From contig CM022676.1 in the NCBI GenBank assembly GCA_012295275.1, forward strand, positions 15,686,001 to 15,750,000: a stretch of 64,000 nucleotides of DNA, in the 5' to 3' direction. The notes below the pieces were generated by a model. The model worked only from the letters and a program-made list of their open reading frames with translations, ran no database searches and had not been told where the DNA came from. The stretch's first letter is position 1. Every line of letters begins with the position of its first letter. Position numbers and translations under genes: made by a program. Origin of the DNA: Chrysomallon squamiferum. Lineage: Eukaryota > Animalia > Mollusca. Positions 41,727-55,628 of this stretch are shown here, one piece after another.

Positions 41727-42026
41727 GTCCACCGAACATTCCTTCCAATGTGAAAATAAAGAGAATCAGCTCTTCTGCCATCTCAGTGTCTTGGACAGAA
41801 GAATTTCACGGCGGCTTCGTGCAAACATTCATAGTACAGTACAGAGAAAACACATCAACACAGTGGAACAACGTCACAGAGAAATTTCTTGAACGTTGTC
41901 TACATACAACACATACAACAGTAATAGCGCCTCTGAAATCAGACACGAAGTATGTTGTGAGGATCTTGGCTTACAACAAATACGGAGATAAAGGTTTTAC
42001 AGATGAGAGATATATTTTGACAGCAG
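41727..42026 (+). CDS. Ig receptor copy B: fibronectin type III exon
   Basis: PPNIPSNV...ISVSW..EFHGGFVQTFIVQY...W...LKSDTKYVVRILAYNKYG, a nephrin-type FN3. 300 nt, phase 1-1. Confidence 0.9.
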
Positions 42027-42530
42027 GTATGCATATTAATAATAAGGTAAAATGTACACTGAATCAACCATTCAGCCCTAGCCTCCGCACCAAGACCAAC
42101 AGATATGGGAACTCGCAACCAAACTTGTGTATTGTGTAGCAGATATTATCCATGACTAAATAAGGCGCCTCATACCAATGTTCAGCCCTGCACCATGACG
42201 AGGTTACGCTAAAAGCAGGGGTAAAGATTTGAAAACAAACAAAACAAATGATATAATTGTACAAATAATAATAAGGTTGATGTTGTGGCTTTTACACATT
42301 TTTGCTTTTCTTTCTATTTTTTCATATACTGGTATTTCGTATACATAATTTTATCTGTAGCACCTATTTAACTGAAATCCTTTTTCTTTCTTTTTCCCAA
42401 GATTTATCTTACTAATTTTCTGGTGTTTTTTTTTCTTAATTGCTTGAAAATAAATGGGTTTGAATATAAGTAATTTCTAGTACTTTTATTTATAGTACAT
42501 CTGTACTGAGTTTAACAACTGTTGTTTCAG

Positions 42531-42644
42531 ATGACGAGTCTAATGAAAATGTGATAGCAGTGACTGTTGGATCTGGATCAGTGATTCTCGTCTTAACCCT
42601 TCTTGTTATTGCAACTATTTTCATATGTCGTAGACTGAAAGAAG
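42531..42644 (+). CDS. Ig receptor copy B: transmembrane exon
   Basis: DDESNENVIAVTVGSGSVILVLTLLVIATIFICRRLKE: hydrophobic span followed by a basic stop-transfer. The donor GTTCAT is weak. Confidence 0.8.
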
Positions 42645-42865
42645 GTTCATACTTTTGTTTCTTTGCTGTGTTATTTGTACTGTGCGAACACGAGTTTGAG
42701 TGCGTCTTCCTCTGTATGTTTGTACGTGGCTATTCGTATGTACTAGTGCGAATGTATATGTGTGGGTGTGTGTGTGCGCGCGCGTGCGAAAGACACAGAG
42801 AGATAGATCGGGAAATGAAAATCAATAATACAATCATAATAATTATGTGCAGTTTCATCATCATG

Positions 42866-42933
<68 letters not shown>

Positions 42934-42988
42934 TAATAAAACAAAATAACAGATATTTTCTGATTTTTGTTTAAATCTTCATTTTCAG

Positions 42989-45091
42989 GAAGTGGAAAAA
43001 ATGAACATCACTATGAAAAAAGGTAATGCTAACTGATGGTAGAGATGAATATATTTGTTTGTAACTGTGTTGATGCATGTATGTCCTCGTGCATAGCAGT
43101 CATTACTTATTTCAATCCTTACACGAGTACATTTATTATGAAAATGAAAGGTTAAGAGTCTCTTGATAAAACATCCTATCCTGTTTCATAGTAGATGATA
43201 TTCTAACGTCAAAGGTTTAACTTTCCATTCATTTATTTGTGTGTTGAAATGAAACCTTTAATCCCAAATGACGTTCACAATTCAGAGGTTCTATAATCAG
43301 TGAATCTGTGAATCTGTGTGTTTAAATCTGGTTTATTGACGATCAAGGGAGAGTTGACACATCGCTGATCTGGATGTAGATTCTCACTCTCGAGGTAACA
43401 CTGGGTCGTCGTTTACAGTCGTGTTAATGAACTTCTCCACTGTTTTCAGGGTATTTTAGATCTGCATTTCATTAATACATCTTTCTCTGAACTGAGAAAA
43501 ATGATCCAAGATGCGTTACATTAATCTCCGTGATGAACGTATTCTGTGGCGGTGATCTACCAGTAGGCAATGTTTACATGATGTTTGCTGCTTTCAAACT
43601 CGAAGTTTTATCATCCAGTTTTCTTTAAGAGAGTGACCTAAGGAATTCATGACTAGTTAGATCCAGGTTTCCTATTTAGACCACGCGTCTGATTTGTACC
43701 TGAATCAAATTGTTTTAAACATCTCTGTAGAATTGATCCATTATTTTTCTCCATCTTTCTAGCAAAGAGTAAGTTCGTCTGTGTATGATATCTGTCTGTA
43801 AGTGTTTACGTTTCCTGTTTATGTGTGTGTCGTGTTTTCATTCAGAAAAATTCATCAGAGCAAGAAAGCGAAATTCGAGAGAAAGATAAGAACACTACCC
43901 TGATTGTGCCAGCTCGGTAATCATCGTAAAGAAAGATTGTTTACATTTATTACATCTAAAGCTATTCATATAAACACTGCAGATACATGCGAGATAGTTT
44001 AATCAATTATCTGATGAAGTTTGCTTTAGGTATGGGCATCTTTATATGTTAATATTTGTGTATTTTATGTTATTACCCACCAATCCAAAGTTACATTTTA
44101 CGGTAATTTCTTTTGAATTAACTTCAAAGTTTATTTCCTTTTATATAATTGATTAATGTATGTGTTGTTGTTGTTATTGTTTTTATTAATGTTGTTATTA
44201 TTATTATTATTATTATTAGTAGTAGTAGTAGTATTATTGTTATTATTATTATTAAATCACAGAAATCATTTGACCGTTAATTCTGAGTAGTTTGTCTGTA
44301 AATTTTATTATTAAAATTGAAAAATCAACTCATTTACAAATCTTGTCTCTTTCAAATCACAAAAATTGTTCAGAACAGCAGACACCAACATACGAAAATC
44401 TTGCTTCTGAACCAGGTAAGTGTAGCATGTTCTAAATGTTTATTCCAAGACACTTTACTTTACCAAAAGCGCTTTATATTCTGAAGGTTCAACAAGTATT
44501 ATTTTTTCTGGCAAGGCAATAAGGAGAGAATGAAGGAAGTAATGAATGAACAAATAAAGAAGGGGCATGAAACAGAAGGCCAAAAAATATTAAGAAATAG
44601 TAAAGATATAAAAAGGTTGTCATTTATATATTGGGCTATAAGCGTCTAATGTTATTTTGTATTACATGATTAACTAATAGAAATAATTTTAATTGTCTCT
44701 AAAGATATGCTAGTATGAAGTTCAGCATCTTTTTATGATAAATATAGAGTGTTTGTAAATTAATATTTTTCAGTATGACAACTTGTTTTATCAACACTGT
44801 ATGTTAATATTTGTCTGTGTGGTTGTAAATAGCAAACTGGTGATGTTACTCTGTCACTTTTCATATTTTTTTCTTTTTAAATCTGTATGCATCATATTAT
44901 TTATAGTGTATGAATGTGGTTTTGTTTGACTGTTTCTTCTACGTTTAACTACTGATGTATGAATTATTATTTCTGAAAAGTAACAAAACTATTTAAACAT
45001 GTCTTATTATTTCTGTGTAGGTAACAACCTAGAACAAAGTGGGTCAACTGAACATCATCCGTATGAAGTATTTGGTGTTGATGATAATTGA
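42989..45091 (+). CDS. Ig receptor copy B: cytoplasmic exons 42989-43022, 44363-44415 (acceptor mutated), 45021-45091
   Basis: GSGKNEHHYEKR-NCSEQQTPTYENLASEP-GNNLEQSGSTEHHPYEVFGVDDN*. The middle acceptor reads CACAA; the paralog at 11193-11197 has CACAG. Confidence 0.7.
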
Positions 45092-46799
45092 CCGAACGAT
45101 ATTCGTTACTAATGCATTTACTTAAAACTGCAACAAATAACTCATTTTAGTGTATCCACACGTACTTATGTAAGAATTAAGATAAACAAATTCAAAAAAG
45201 TAATTTCAGGAATTTCAGTATGCAAGATAACTAATTATATATGTATATTCCTGGTATATATGTATTTGTTTTCATACAAGAACTTTACTAGACATATTTC
45301 TTTGAAATGCAGTTTCATTCTTGTATTATGTTTATGTGAGAACAATTTAATATACAGTGTATGTTTGTGTACTTTTTATGTTCTAAAATGTTGTGTTTTT
45401 CTTTCGATGTTTAGAATTAACTGATACTGTACAGCATAATTTTATTTGTGGGAAATCTGTAAAACTGTAGATAGACTGTCTAGTCAAATTCTGATGAATC
45501 TATGTCTAGTAAAATTGTGATTACACTATGTTTTGTAAAATTCTAATTATCTGTATGCATTTAATTCTGATTAAACTATGTTTAGTGAAAACAACGCATG
45601 ACTTTGATATTTTACGCAAACATGTTATCGTCTTGGAAACATTAAATTATAATTGTGATGTGATACTAGAATCCAGATATTTTTTTTTTTTTTTTAAATT
45701 TACTTTATTATTATGCACCGAACATAAAACAGACCAAAATACTTATTTACAGTTTTATTATTACTCGTCAAAAAAAAAAAAAAAAAAAAAATACAATAAA
45801 AATAAATAAATAAATAAGTACAACTAATACAACAACAACAAGGACTACTATTACTACTACTAATAATAATAATAAAAAAACAAAATAAAAATAAGAAATC
45901 AGTCATGAGCATGATAACTGATTTCTTTCAATTACTTACTACAACGGTTGTGTAATCACATTTGTCACATAAATTTGTCTTTAGCAGTAATACGTCCTTA
46001 CCATGTCCACATCTATCAAATTTACACAATTTTCAGCGCTTCTGATATCAGTTGTGTTTATCGCATGACTATCGTCTTTAAGTCGGTGCTATTTAAATAT
46101 TAAGTTATCTAACAGACGCCAAAGAAATCAGCTAAACACTGAATCACATTCGAAATTACTACAACCTGTAAACATGACTGTAACTGGTTGTAGCTGTGTT
46201 AAAGTCACCAGTCTGTTCAAAAGATATTCCATTAATTTACTGCATTCAGTTATACATTACACATATATTCGTATTTCATATTTGTCTACATAATAATATA
46301 TGACTTCGTGATTTAAAAAACTAATTAAGTGTGGTATATATATATGATACTATATAGATTTTAAGACAGCAAAGAGTGAAATTAAGGAGAAATAAGCTCA
46401 CTTTATTAGTAATAATAAGAAAGTAAAATAAACAAGACACTAACTATATGTAACTATTACAATGAGTAATGGTGTAGCGTTGTGTTGAATAATGTATCTG
46501 AGCACAACATCTTGAATTAAAATAAAACCATAACATATAACTACATATATATATCTATAACAAATAACCAAGTAAAATATAACTGAAACACAAGAATGCA
46601 CGAGAAAAAATTCAAATGACGGCAGGTGAACATATAATAATTTGCAATATTATATATTTAAAATGTACTTAATGTCGGAGTTCTATAATTAACAAATATT
46701 TTATCTTTCCTTCAGCTTATATGTATTCATTTATTTATATATCATCATCATAATCATCATCTTTCTACTTATTCATTATTATTGTTATTACTAATTTAA

Positions 46800-47110
46800 A
46801 TAACTATCTCGGTTTCCTGTGAAAATACGTATCAATTTTAGACGATAATTTACATAAACGATGTTATCTGGTATGCCGTTTTTCAATATAGCATCTTTAC
46901 TTTCAAACAGACAATGACATTCATCTACAAATTCAACCAGATTACAAATATGACATTTTTTCTATTGTCTTACAATATTAAATCAGTTTTTGTAAGCAGG
47001 TTTAACATTAGAGTTCTAATTTTAAATAAGACATGAACATTCGCTTGAACACTGCTATTCTCTAGATTATTTGTGAATGACTTCACATTTTAGCGATGTA
47101 TCTTAAAGTT
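46800..47110 (-). mobile_element. LINE ORF2 3'-end relic
   Basis: Minus strand encodes FKIRT... and KCHICNLVEFVDECHCLFE, like the CxxC...DExH tail of CR1/L2/RTE-X-group LINEs. Confidence 0.55.
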
Positions 47111-48299
47111 TATTATTGACATGAGCTATAGAGTACAGAAACGAAAACTAACGAATAATTACAACAGTCTTGATAATCGAGGGTGCTGTTCCAGATTATT
47201 TTACTCTTTTAAAAACGTGTGCATCGTGCTCCAAAGTAAGCTCTTAAAAAGTCATCGGTATAGTGTTGATCGCTATATAATATGAGAACCCGTTTGACAA
47301 AGCGCTATAAGAATTTCCTAATTTCAATACATTTTTAACGTTTTATATGATTACTGCGCTTGTGAGGAAATACTGTTTTGACTTTATAAATTAGGTTCCA
47401 CGAAAAGGTTATTGTTTTTATTTTTATAGAAAAAGGCATATCGTCCTAGTTCAGCATAGATTTTTTTAACACATACTAAATTATTACACAATTTCATACG
47501 GAGTTTTCTATTAAATGTAAAAACAACTCTAATTTCAATACATTATATATTTATTTATTTATTTATTTTTTTGTATAATTATTATCCTCTGTAGATACTG
47601 ATAATTTAGCATTTTGGATACCGTTTCAAGTAACCATTTAACGCTATGACAGTTGTGATATGTCCATAAATGTTTTACACTACAAGCATCTAAAATGTTT
47701 TCTTCTTCACAAATGGGTCACAAGGAGAATCAATAATATGCGTTAAAAATATGGTTGTAAGGAAATCTTGTTTTCACTTTGCAAATTAGGTTCTCCCAAA
47801 ATGTTATGATTCTTACTTTTATAGAAGTTCAAAACGGAATACTTTCTTAGTTAACCATAGATCATAAAACCAGGAGTACATTCCAAACATTTTATTTTTG
47901 TCTGACACCGATTAGACAATAAAATCTATCAGATCAAAAATGTTTACAAATTTAGCCTAACGACCAAGACCGTCAAACATTAGGCCTAACATTTCCAGTA
48001 ATTAGCCCTAATCACTGGAGTTTCGTTGCTGTTGTTTGACATTCTGCCTAACAGCAGTTCTGGCAATCAGTCCAATGGATTTAATGCTTTGCTACCATCT
48101 CCTCATTGTAGAAATTAGTGATTCAGTTAAATTATTTATTATCGTAAGCTTTATAGCTTATTGATATTCTATGTCAGTAATTAAAATAATAATAATAATA
48201 GAAAAATAAAAAGCAATACAAATATTGGCACTATGATAATAAGAGAAAACAAATTCGAGAATATAAATAACAAATAATTTATATCTAAGTAATCAAAAC

Positions 48300-48980
48300 T
48301 TTTCTACAATGAATTGTTTTAAACAAATATTTTTTTACCATATTATATAGTGATTTATTATTTTCAATCTAATCTTTAGTCTCATCACTACTACGCAATA
48401 TGCATAGCTTTTCTGCTGTCTTAATATTCCTATTTCTTCCAGCAAGTCTCAGTTGCCATCTGATGTGCGCTTTTGTTAAGTATCTTTTATAACTCTTTGG
48501 TATAGATTTACTTAAACGAAACTGAATTGTTACACCATCTTTAACTTATTTATATAAACTGTCATATTTAACAGATTTATTTAGCTGAATTGGAAGACTC
48601 TGCTTTGATTGGTCATATATTCTTTGCTTAATTTTCCACAAATACGTTTTTTATATTTTCATTAGTATGGTTCTGGTTCATCAATATATAACCATATCGA
48701 AACTCATATAATGTTTCCCAAATAAAAGTCATTCAATTATTCTTCTATAATATCCAGTACAATGTTTTGTTCTAATTAACTTCAACCAATATTTAAACAT
48801 TCTATAATTAGGCTCATAAATTAATGGGAATCTGAGTGATACAAAATAGACCACAGTCTCTGTGGTTGACACTTTAACAATTACATTTTTTTGTTGTAAA
48901 TCCAAGTGAATGTTTTGTATAACATCTGCTTTTTGGAAATTCAGTATCTCACAACCATAAAACAGCACACTAGAGAAATA
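48300..48980 (-). mobile_element. LINE ORF2 C-terminal relic
   Basis: LFYGCEI...VKVSTTETVVY...RFPL...RMFKYWLKL matches the post-RT motif (YGCEVW...ST...VYGELGRxPL...KYWxKL). A decayed Cys motif lies near 48390. Confidence 0.7.
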
Positions 48981-49225
48981 TAATTTACAGTCTTCTTCAG
49001 AGCATATGCTGTCGTATTGTTGGGTTATCCAATGATTTTAATACCGGCAGTCAGCTTTGCTTACATCTGTTCACTGTAGGGATTAGCGGTTGAAGTATTC
49101 TTACACCAATTAGATGATAGTGTTACTGATGGGTAATCAGAAATATGTGCATGAAGTAAAACGAACTAACTTTATTCTGTACAAATAAACGTTTGTCCTT
49201 TGGTTAAAAACAAAAAAAAACAGAA

Positions 49226-49612
49226 GCTTGAACTGCTTTGCCAAGTCGACTACATGCACACCTCGCTCATTTTATTTTTGTCTATGAATTCAAGCTTTAA
49301 TTCTATGGACATCATCCGCTTCTTCTTCTCAGCAGCGTCGATTGCACTCACTTTCTTAGGATCCATAGCCAGAAAAAAAAAGAGAGGAAAATAATGCAGA
49401 AAACGCGAGCACAACACAGCGGAGATACTTCAGCGCCGAGGTAATCACGTGAAGTAAACGAGTGAAACGTGGGGTGCTGGCCAGATGTTATGTTGTTCGT
49501 TGCGCCAAATAGCGGCGACCTAACTGCAGCTCTGTCGTAACTTGGATGTTGGCTCGCGACTCAAATAACAACTGGTCGTAACTCGAAAAACTCGTAAGTC
49601 GAGGAACCACTG
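49226..49612 (-). mobile_element. Tigger/pogo DNA transposon 5' fragment
   Basis: Terminal inverted repeat CAGTGGTTCCTCGACTTACGAG (minus, from 49612) flanked by TA. Transposase start at 49366: MDPKKVSAIDAAEKKKRMMSIELKLEFIDK...ERGVHVVDLAKQF (HTH-psq type). Confidence 0.8.
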
Positions 49613-50218
49613 TATATTATTCCCATTAATCTTGATGCAGTAATCATACAGTGTAGGCTGCTTTGTATCTGTGTAGGTTGTTCGTTTAGTATACATAATT
49701 GATAGTTTAAATAAATATTATTTTTTTTATTCTCCAGTTACCGAATCCATCTTTAAATAAGGTTCTGATTCTGTATTTATGTTGGTTCCCTAACAATTTA
49801 GTTTGGTTTATTTTCTATTGTGTAGTTAGAAATATATTTCGGAAATAATTAATAAATAAGAAAAACAAAACAAAAAATAAAAATAATATTATTAATAATA
49901 TAATCAAAATAATAATGCATTTAGTTATTTGAGTCAAGTTGTGCTCTGTCTAGAGAGAGAAGTGACTTCTTCCAGTTTTTCCAACGTTGACCCTGCATAG
50001 CTAAATCTTTCTGTTTACACAGTAGATTTGTTGTAATCTCTTCTACAAATTTTGCTTTAGAAAGTTCGCTCTGCCATTGCGACAAATTCAATAAGACAAT
50101 GAAAAATGTGCATCCGGATTAAACAGGATGTTCTTCAAAATGCTCCTGAAGCAGTGATAAAAAATACATTGTTAGGTGCTGTTTTATTCTGCAGGTCTTG
50201 TTTGTTTCTTTTATTGTC

Positions 50219-50274
<56 letters not shown>

Positions 50275-50646
50275 TGGAGACGGATGTCTAATATTAATAT
50301 TCCCTAATAAAAGCTCCACGTTGGTTACTTTTCTTTCATTGTATGAGCATGTCACTAATATTTACTGAAACATCGGCCAATGGATGATGTCAGACTTTGT
50401 CTGTACCAACCCGCTACATATCGTAGGCCACCTACCCCCTGATTCTGTTCTGGTCACACACATACATATATGAGAAACAAACTAAAACCTCAGTGTGTGG
50501 AGCAGACAGATAGAAGACTTTCATGTAAAAAGAATCTTATGTTGATCAAAATGTTTTAATTATTTCTAAAATGTATACAGTTCTGAACGTTCAGTTAGAC
50601 AATTAATTGATGTGTTTATGATATTTTTATTTTCTTAACAAATTAG

Positions 50647-50812
50647 ACTATTCCAACTCAATGATCCCGTACAAACTGTTAGCGAATGCAGGAGGAATAC
50701 TAACACAAGGTCCAGTTGAAATTCAAGTAAACGGGAAGTGGGGAACAAACTGTGATGATGGTTTTGATGAGAAAGACGCTTCTGTTTTGTGTCATATGTA
50801 AGGATTTAGTTG
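50647..50812 (+). pseudogene. Isolated SRCR (scavenger receptor Cys-rich) half-domain exon with a stop
   Basis: QGPVEIQVNGKWGTNCDDGFDEKDASVLCHM*GF, TAA at 50799-50801. Confidence 0.8.
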
Positions 50813-52659
50813 GTGATTGTTTTATTTATTTGCTTATTTACTTATTTCTTGAATGAAAACATTTGATATGGATGCAGTTCATTTGATTCTGCTGACAAGC
50901 AGAGGGTAAGATACAGTGTGTGTGCTTGTTTTCGAAGGGACTGCTAATAATAATAATAATAATAACTCTAGCAGTAGTAGTAGTAGTAATAATAATAATA
51001 ATAATAAGAAGAAGAAGAAGAAGAAGAAGAATATTATCTTTCGTTGTATATTTATTTAATGACACCCCAACACAGAAACTGATTTTCATTTAAAGATAAA
51101 TAATACAATAATTTAAAAGTAGATATCTTTAAATAGTTGATGTACAATATATATTTCTTCTTTCTAAATAATAACCTCTTAAATAAAACCAGAAAAAAGA
51201 AAGAAAAACATTCTAAGAGAAGGAAATAAAAAAAAAAAACATTATTACTGTCCAGTATTTTGATTCTGTTGCAGATGTTTAAAGTTCAGCAATTAACCCA
51301 CGTCTTGCATGTTGTAAAAAATCCTTGGATCATATTGTCAAATATTTTGAAACACAGAATTTTTTCTCTGTTCCCAATGTTCAGTTAATTTTACAAATCG
51401 TTGTAAAACACCCGTGCTGTATGTTTGTACAATCAGATATTGGTAAAGGAAACATCACACCAACAACAACGATAATCCATTTCATCTCATAAACTGTAAG
51501 AGTACAATTAATATTACTTATTTTCTTTCAAACGTGAAATTAAAACAATTCCATACAATAGAGCTAACAATAATTCAGAAACATGACGCATAAACTCTAA
51601 TCTCATAAACTGACTCATAAAAGTTTTGGGTTAGCTCAAATGTTTACGTTCACACATTCTCTTGTATTTTTCATGCTAAGCCAGACTGAGTACTAAAACA
51701 GAGCCAAATTCCAGATAAATAATAATTTCATTTTTATCACACAAAACACATCACACAAACTCACACATACAACGAATCATTAGTCTGAAATGCCTTTTTT
51801 ATTTTCCTTTTTGTTTTCGTTTTTTTCTTTCCCTGGCGAGATAACAAAAACAACAATCTTCTACTCTGCCTACAGCTGATCTTAATCTGAAATAAATAAA
51901 TAAATGAATAAATAAATACATAAAATACTAGTACTTTTACTACCTTTACCATTACTAATGTTACTATCTTACTACTTACTACAATACGACTTATTACTTA
52001 CTACTACTGCTAACTGCTACTGCTAGTACCACTACTACAATTACTACTTCTGCTTCTACTACTACTACTAATATACGACTATTGCTTTTAGTACTACTAC
52101 TACTACTACTAATGCCACTACTACTACTACTACTGCTGTTACTACTGTTGATACCACTGTTACTACTAGTACTACTACTACTACTATTATCGCTACTTTT
52201 ACACTTACAACTGTTTCTGAAACTACTGTTACGTGTATTACTATTACTGTTACTGTTTACTCCTAGAGATACTACCAACATTAATACTAGTACTAAAATA
52301 ATAACTTGTACTTTAGTTTGTTCTGTTGATTCTACATTTACTATTACTAGGCCTATAAGTATTACCACTGTTATTACAATATATATTATTTTTGCTATAA
52401 CTGCTGCTACAACAGCAGCAGCAACAACAACTACTACTACTGTTCTACTACTATTGTTGTTACAACTTTACTACTTCTATCATTACTATCACTACAACTG
52501 ATACTACCACCACCAGTAATACTACTACTACTACTTCTACTACTAATAAATTTATGTTTGTGTAAAATTACTATTTCGAAAGATGACCAGGAAGAAGATG
52601 ATGATACATTCTGAAAGCAGTAACTAATTACAGTTTAGTTACCAAATGTATATACATAC

Positions 52660-53207
52660 CGTGAATTTTTGCAGAATTGTCGGAAAATGTAACGGTGTCA
52701 TACTTTACATCATTACTTCTCGGTGATGTTTCATCGTTGGGAGAGATGTTTAAATCAGAAATGATCTCACTACCTGTAACATTACAATCGTACAATTATC
52801 TGTCTGTCGGTCTAGGTGTGTGTGTGTGCGTGTGTGTGTAAGTGATATGTGTGTGTTTGTGCGTGATACATACTTTGAATGGACTGAAGGTCAGTGTTCT
52901 CTGAAATCGATTCCTGTTCCCCATGAGAATATCTGTAAAAAAACAAACAAACAAATAAAAAGAAATATATAAAGTATTAAGAACTACAAATAATGCGGAC
53001 AAAAGTTAAAACATGTTACCAACCATAGTCACCTGTTATGAGACTGGTACGAGAAAAAATAAATAAATACAAAAATAAAACCCCAAAACAAAACAAAACA
53101 AAAACAGACATACAGAGAGACAGAAAGACGTAAATAATCCCAAAAAAATATTTGTACAGATAATAGACTTTACGTTCTAGAATACGTGTGCTCTGGTTTT
53201 GATTTTG
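52660..53207 (-). CDS. Minus-strand Ig receptor: cytoplasmic exons 53207-53174, 52932-52874, 52773-52660 (terminal exon unresolved)
   Basis: Phase-consistent join: AKSKPEHTYSRT-YSHGEQESISENTDLQSIQ-SSEIISDLNISPNDETSPRSNDVKYDTVTFSDNSAKIH. Confidence 0.6.
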
Positions 53208-53253
53208 CTGGAAAAATAAATAAAATAGTATATTAACGAAAACATTGTGTGTG

Positions 53254-53320
<67 letters not shown>

Positions 53321-53647
53321 ATATAGGCAGACAAACTGACAGAAAGACAAAAAGTACGTCGATACAAATAGAAAGTGAGAACTGCAAACAAACATATAGA
53401 CAGACAGACTGATACATAGATAGTTATATAGACAGACTCATGCAGAAAGAGATGGAAATAAATAGGCAGATATACCAACACAGAGACAAAGAGACAGAAT
53501 GTAGACAGTTTAGTAGGTGTGCTGTTGGGTTGGTGCATAATATAATTATGAATGTAAACCCAAATAACAAAGTATGATATCAAACTAGATGAAAATAAAA
53601 TAAACAGAATAAATCAAGGAAAGCAGAAGAAAAACGAAAATGTTTAC

Positions 53648-53803
53648 CTGTTGTGTTTCGACGATAAATAAAAATGGCTAGAATGACGAGAAGAATAATG
53701 CCGACCATGATAGCAATTCCAGTAGCAATCCCAGTAGCAATCCCAATAGCAATCCCAGTAGCAATTCCTTCCCCTAACCTGTCCCCTGTTTTACTCGCAG
53801 AAC
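53648..53803 (-). CDS. Minus-strand Ig receptor: transmembrane exon
   Basis: GSASKTGDRLGEGIATGIAIGIATGIATGIAIMVGIILLVILAIFIYRRNTT, phase 1-1. Confidence 0.85.
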
Positions 53804-54448
53804 CTTACAACATATAAATAAATAAATACATACAATAAAACAAACAAACAAACAAAAAAGAAACAAATAAATAAATAAATGAATGACTAACCAACCAACC
53901 AAACAAATAAATAAATTAGAAAAAGAAAGAAGAAAGAAATTAATAAATACGTAAATAAATAACAACAAAAAAGGAACAACAATAACAATAATTACTTGTG
54001 TATATTACTACTCCTGGGAATGATACTAGTACTACGGCCATCATTATTGAAACAGAACGAAAGAAAATACGAAACAAAATACGAAAGAAAGAAAGAAAGA
54101 AAGAAACAAGCGAACAAAATATTCATTACTATTGTTACTAGTAGTAGTAGTAGCGAGAGTACTAGTATGTATTAGTAATAATACTACTAGCAGTAGTATG
54201 TTTATACGAGTATTAATATTATTAACTATTAGTGGTCGTATTGGAGTAATACTAGTAATGATAGTAGAATTGTCTTTAGAAACAGCAACAGTAGTAGAAT
54301 AGTAACAGTCGGTACAGCACAGGAAATAAAAATGACAGAAGTGGTAGTAATTTAGCAGTTGCAGTAGTAGTCGTAGGAGGAATAGTCAATGACTGAGGTA
54401 GTAGCAACAGCAGCAGCAGCAGTAGTACTTACGAACATTTTGAATTAC

Positions 54449-54754
54449 CTTTTTGAACCAGTGTAAAGTTAAAAACAAGTTTCTCTCCTTCGTCTCCATT
54501 CGCCACAATCACTTGGTAGTCACCAAAGTCTTTCTCTTGCACAGATTTTAAAACGTATTTTCCTTCAGCAGTCGCTTCAGTGTGTGAGTCTAGTCCACCA
54601 GAACCAACAACTGTCATCTTTCCGTCCGTCTGTCTGTACCAAGTGAACGTAGGAACTGGGTTGGCAATCACTGGTATTGTAAGTGTGACGTCATCACCGA
54701 TAGATGAAGCAAATCTCGACTCGAATGAAGCTTGAAGATTTAATCTTGGTGAGC
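54449..54754 (-). CDS. Minus-strand Ig receptor: Ig5 (lacks the canonical disulfide)
   Basis: CSPRL...IGDDVTLTIPVIANPVPTFTW...DFGDYQVIVANG, 306 nt, phase 1-1. Confidence 0.9.
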
Positions 54755-55349
54755 CTGTTTTTATGACATTTTGTTATTATATCGTTCAAAAAACAACAAA
54801 AAGATCAATAAATAATAATAAAAAATGTATATGTGAGGTTGTTTTCGACGGGATTGGTAATAAGAACAATACAAATAAAACAACAACAACAACAACAACA
54901 ACAACAATAATAATAATGATGTTTTAATACTGGTACTACTACTACTACTACTACTGCTACTACTACTAATAATAATAATAATAAACCTGGTAATACTTTT
55001 GGCGTCATAATATTTAAAAAAAGGACCATGTTTTACTAAATGACATCGTAATGAATAAAATTATATTACTGAAATACGTTACTTAGTCTTATATAGACAA
55101 AGGACACTGTGTTATAACTGTACTAATTATATTATCAGTGTGGAACAATTAACTGCTTATTAACACCATATCATAAATATTAAACAGGAGAGTTGATAAT
55201 GTCATATTAGGAGTGGTTCGTAACGATGTTAAATTGTTAATTACAACCGTTAACTCGCTATGTTATTTCCAATAATTACATTTCACAGAGAGATATATAA
55301 TTTCTTTCGCTTACAGTTTACAGAGAGATATATACTGTGTATCACTTAC

Positions 55350-55628
55350 ATTTCACAGAGAGATGTACCTTCCTCTCAACTCGAGGCTTGACTGTATTTT
55401 CGGCCTCACACGTGTAAAATCCAGTGTCCAGACATCCAGCTTTCATCTTTTTGTACTGAGTCGTACTAGCGTTTGTAACTTCACTCAGTAGGCGTGAGTT
55501 TTTCTTGAGTGTGATGTGAGATGGCGGGTTACTCGCTACGTCACATCTCACAGTAACGGGAGATAGTTCGTTAACAGTAGTATTGGCGGTCTGTCGGTTT
55601 AACGCGAAAAGGGTGATGTTTGGCGCGT
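55350..55628 (-). CDS. Minus-strand Ig receptor: Ig4
   Basis: YAPNI...VTVRCDVASNPPS...CLDTGFYTCEAEN. Confidence 0.9.

Noticed and set aside
47270-47860. Diverged ~400-bp-spaced direct repeat
   Set aside because: Short, AT-rich, with no coding or terminal features; probably an old local duplication.
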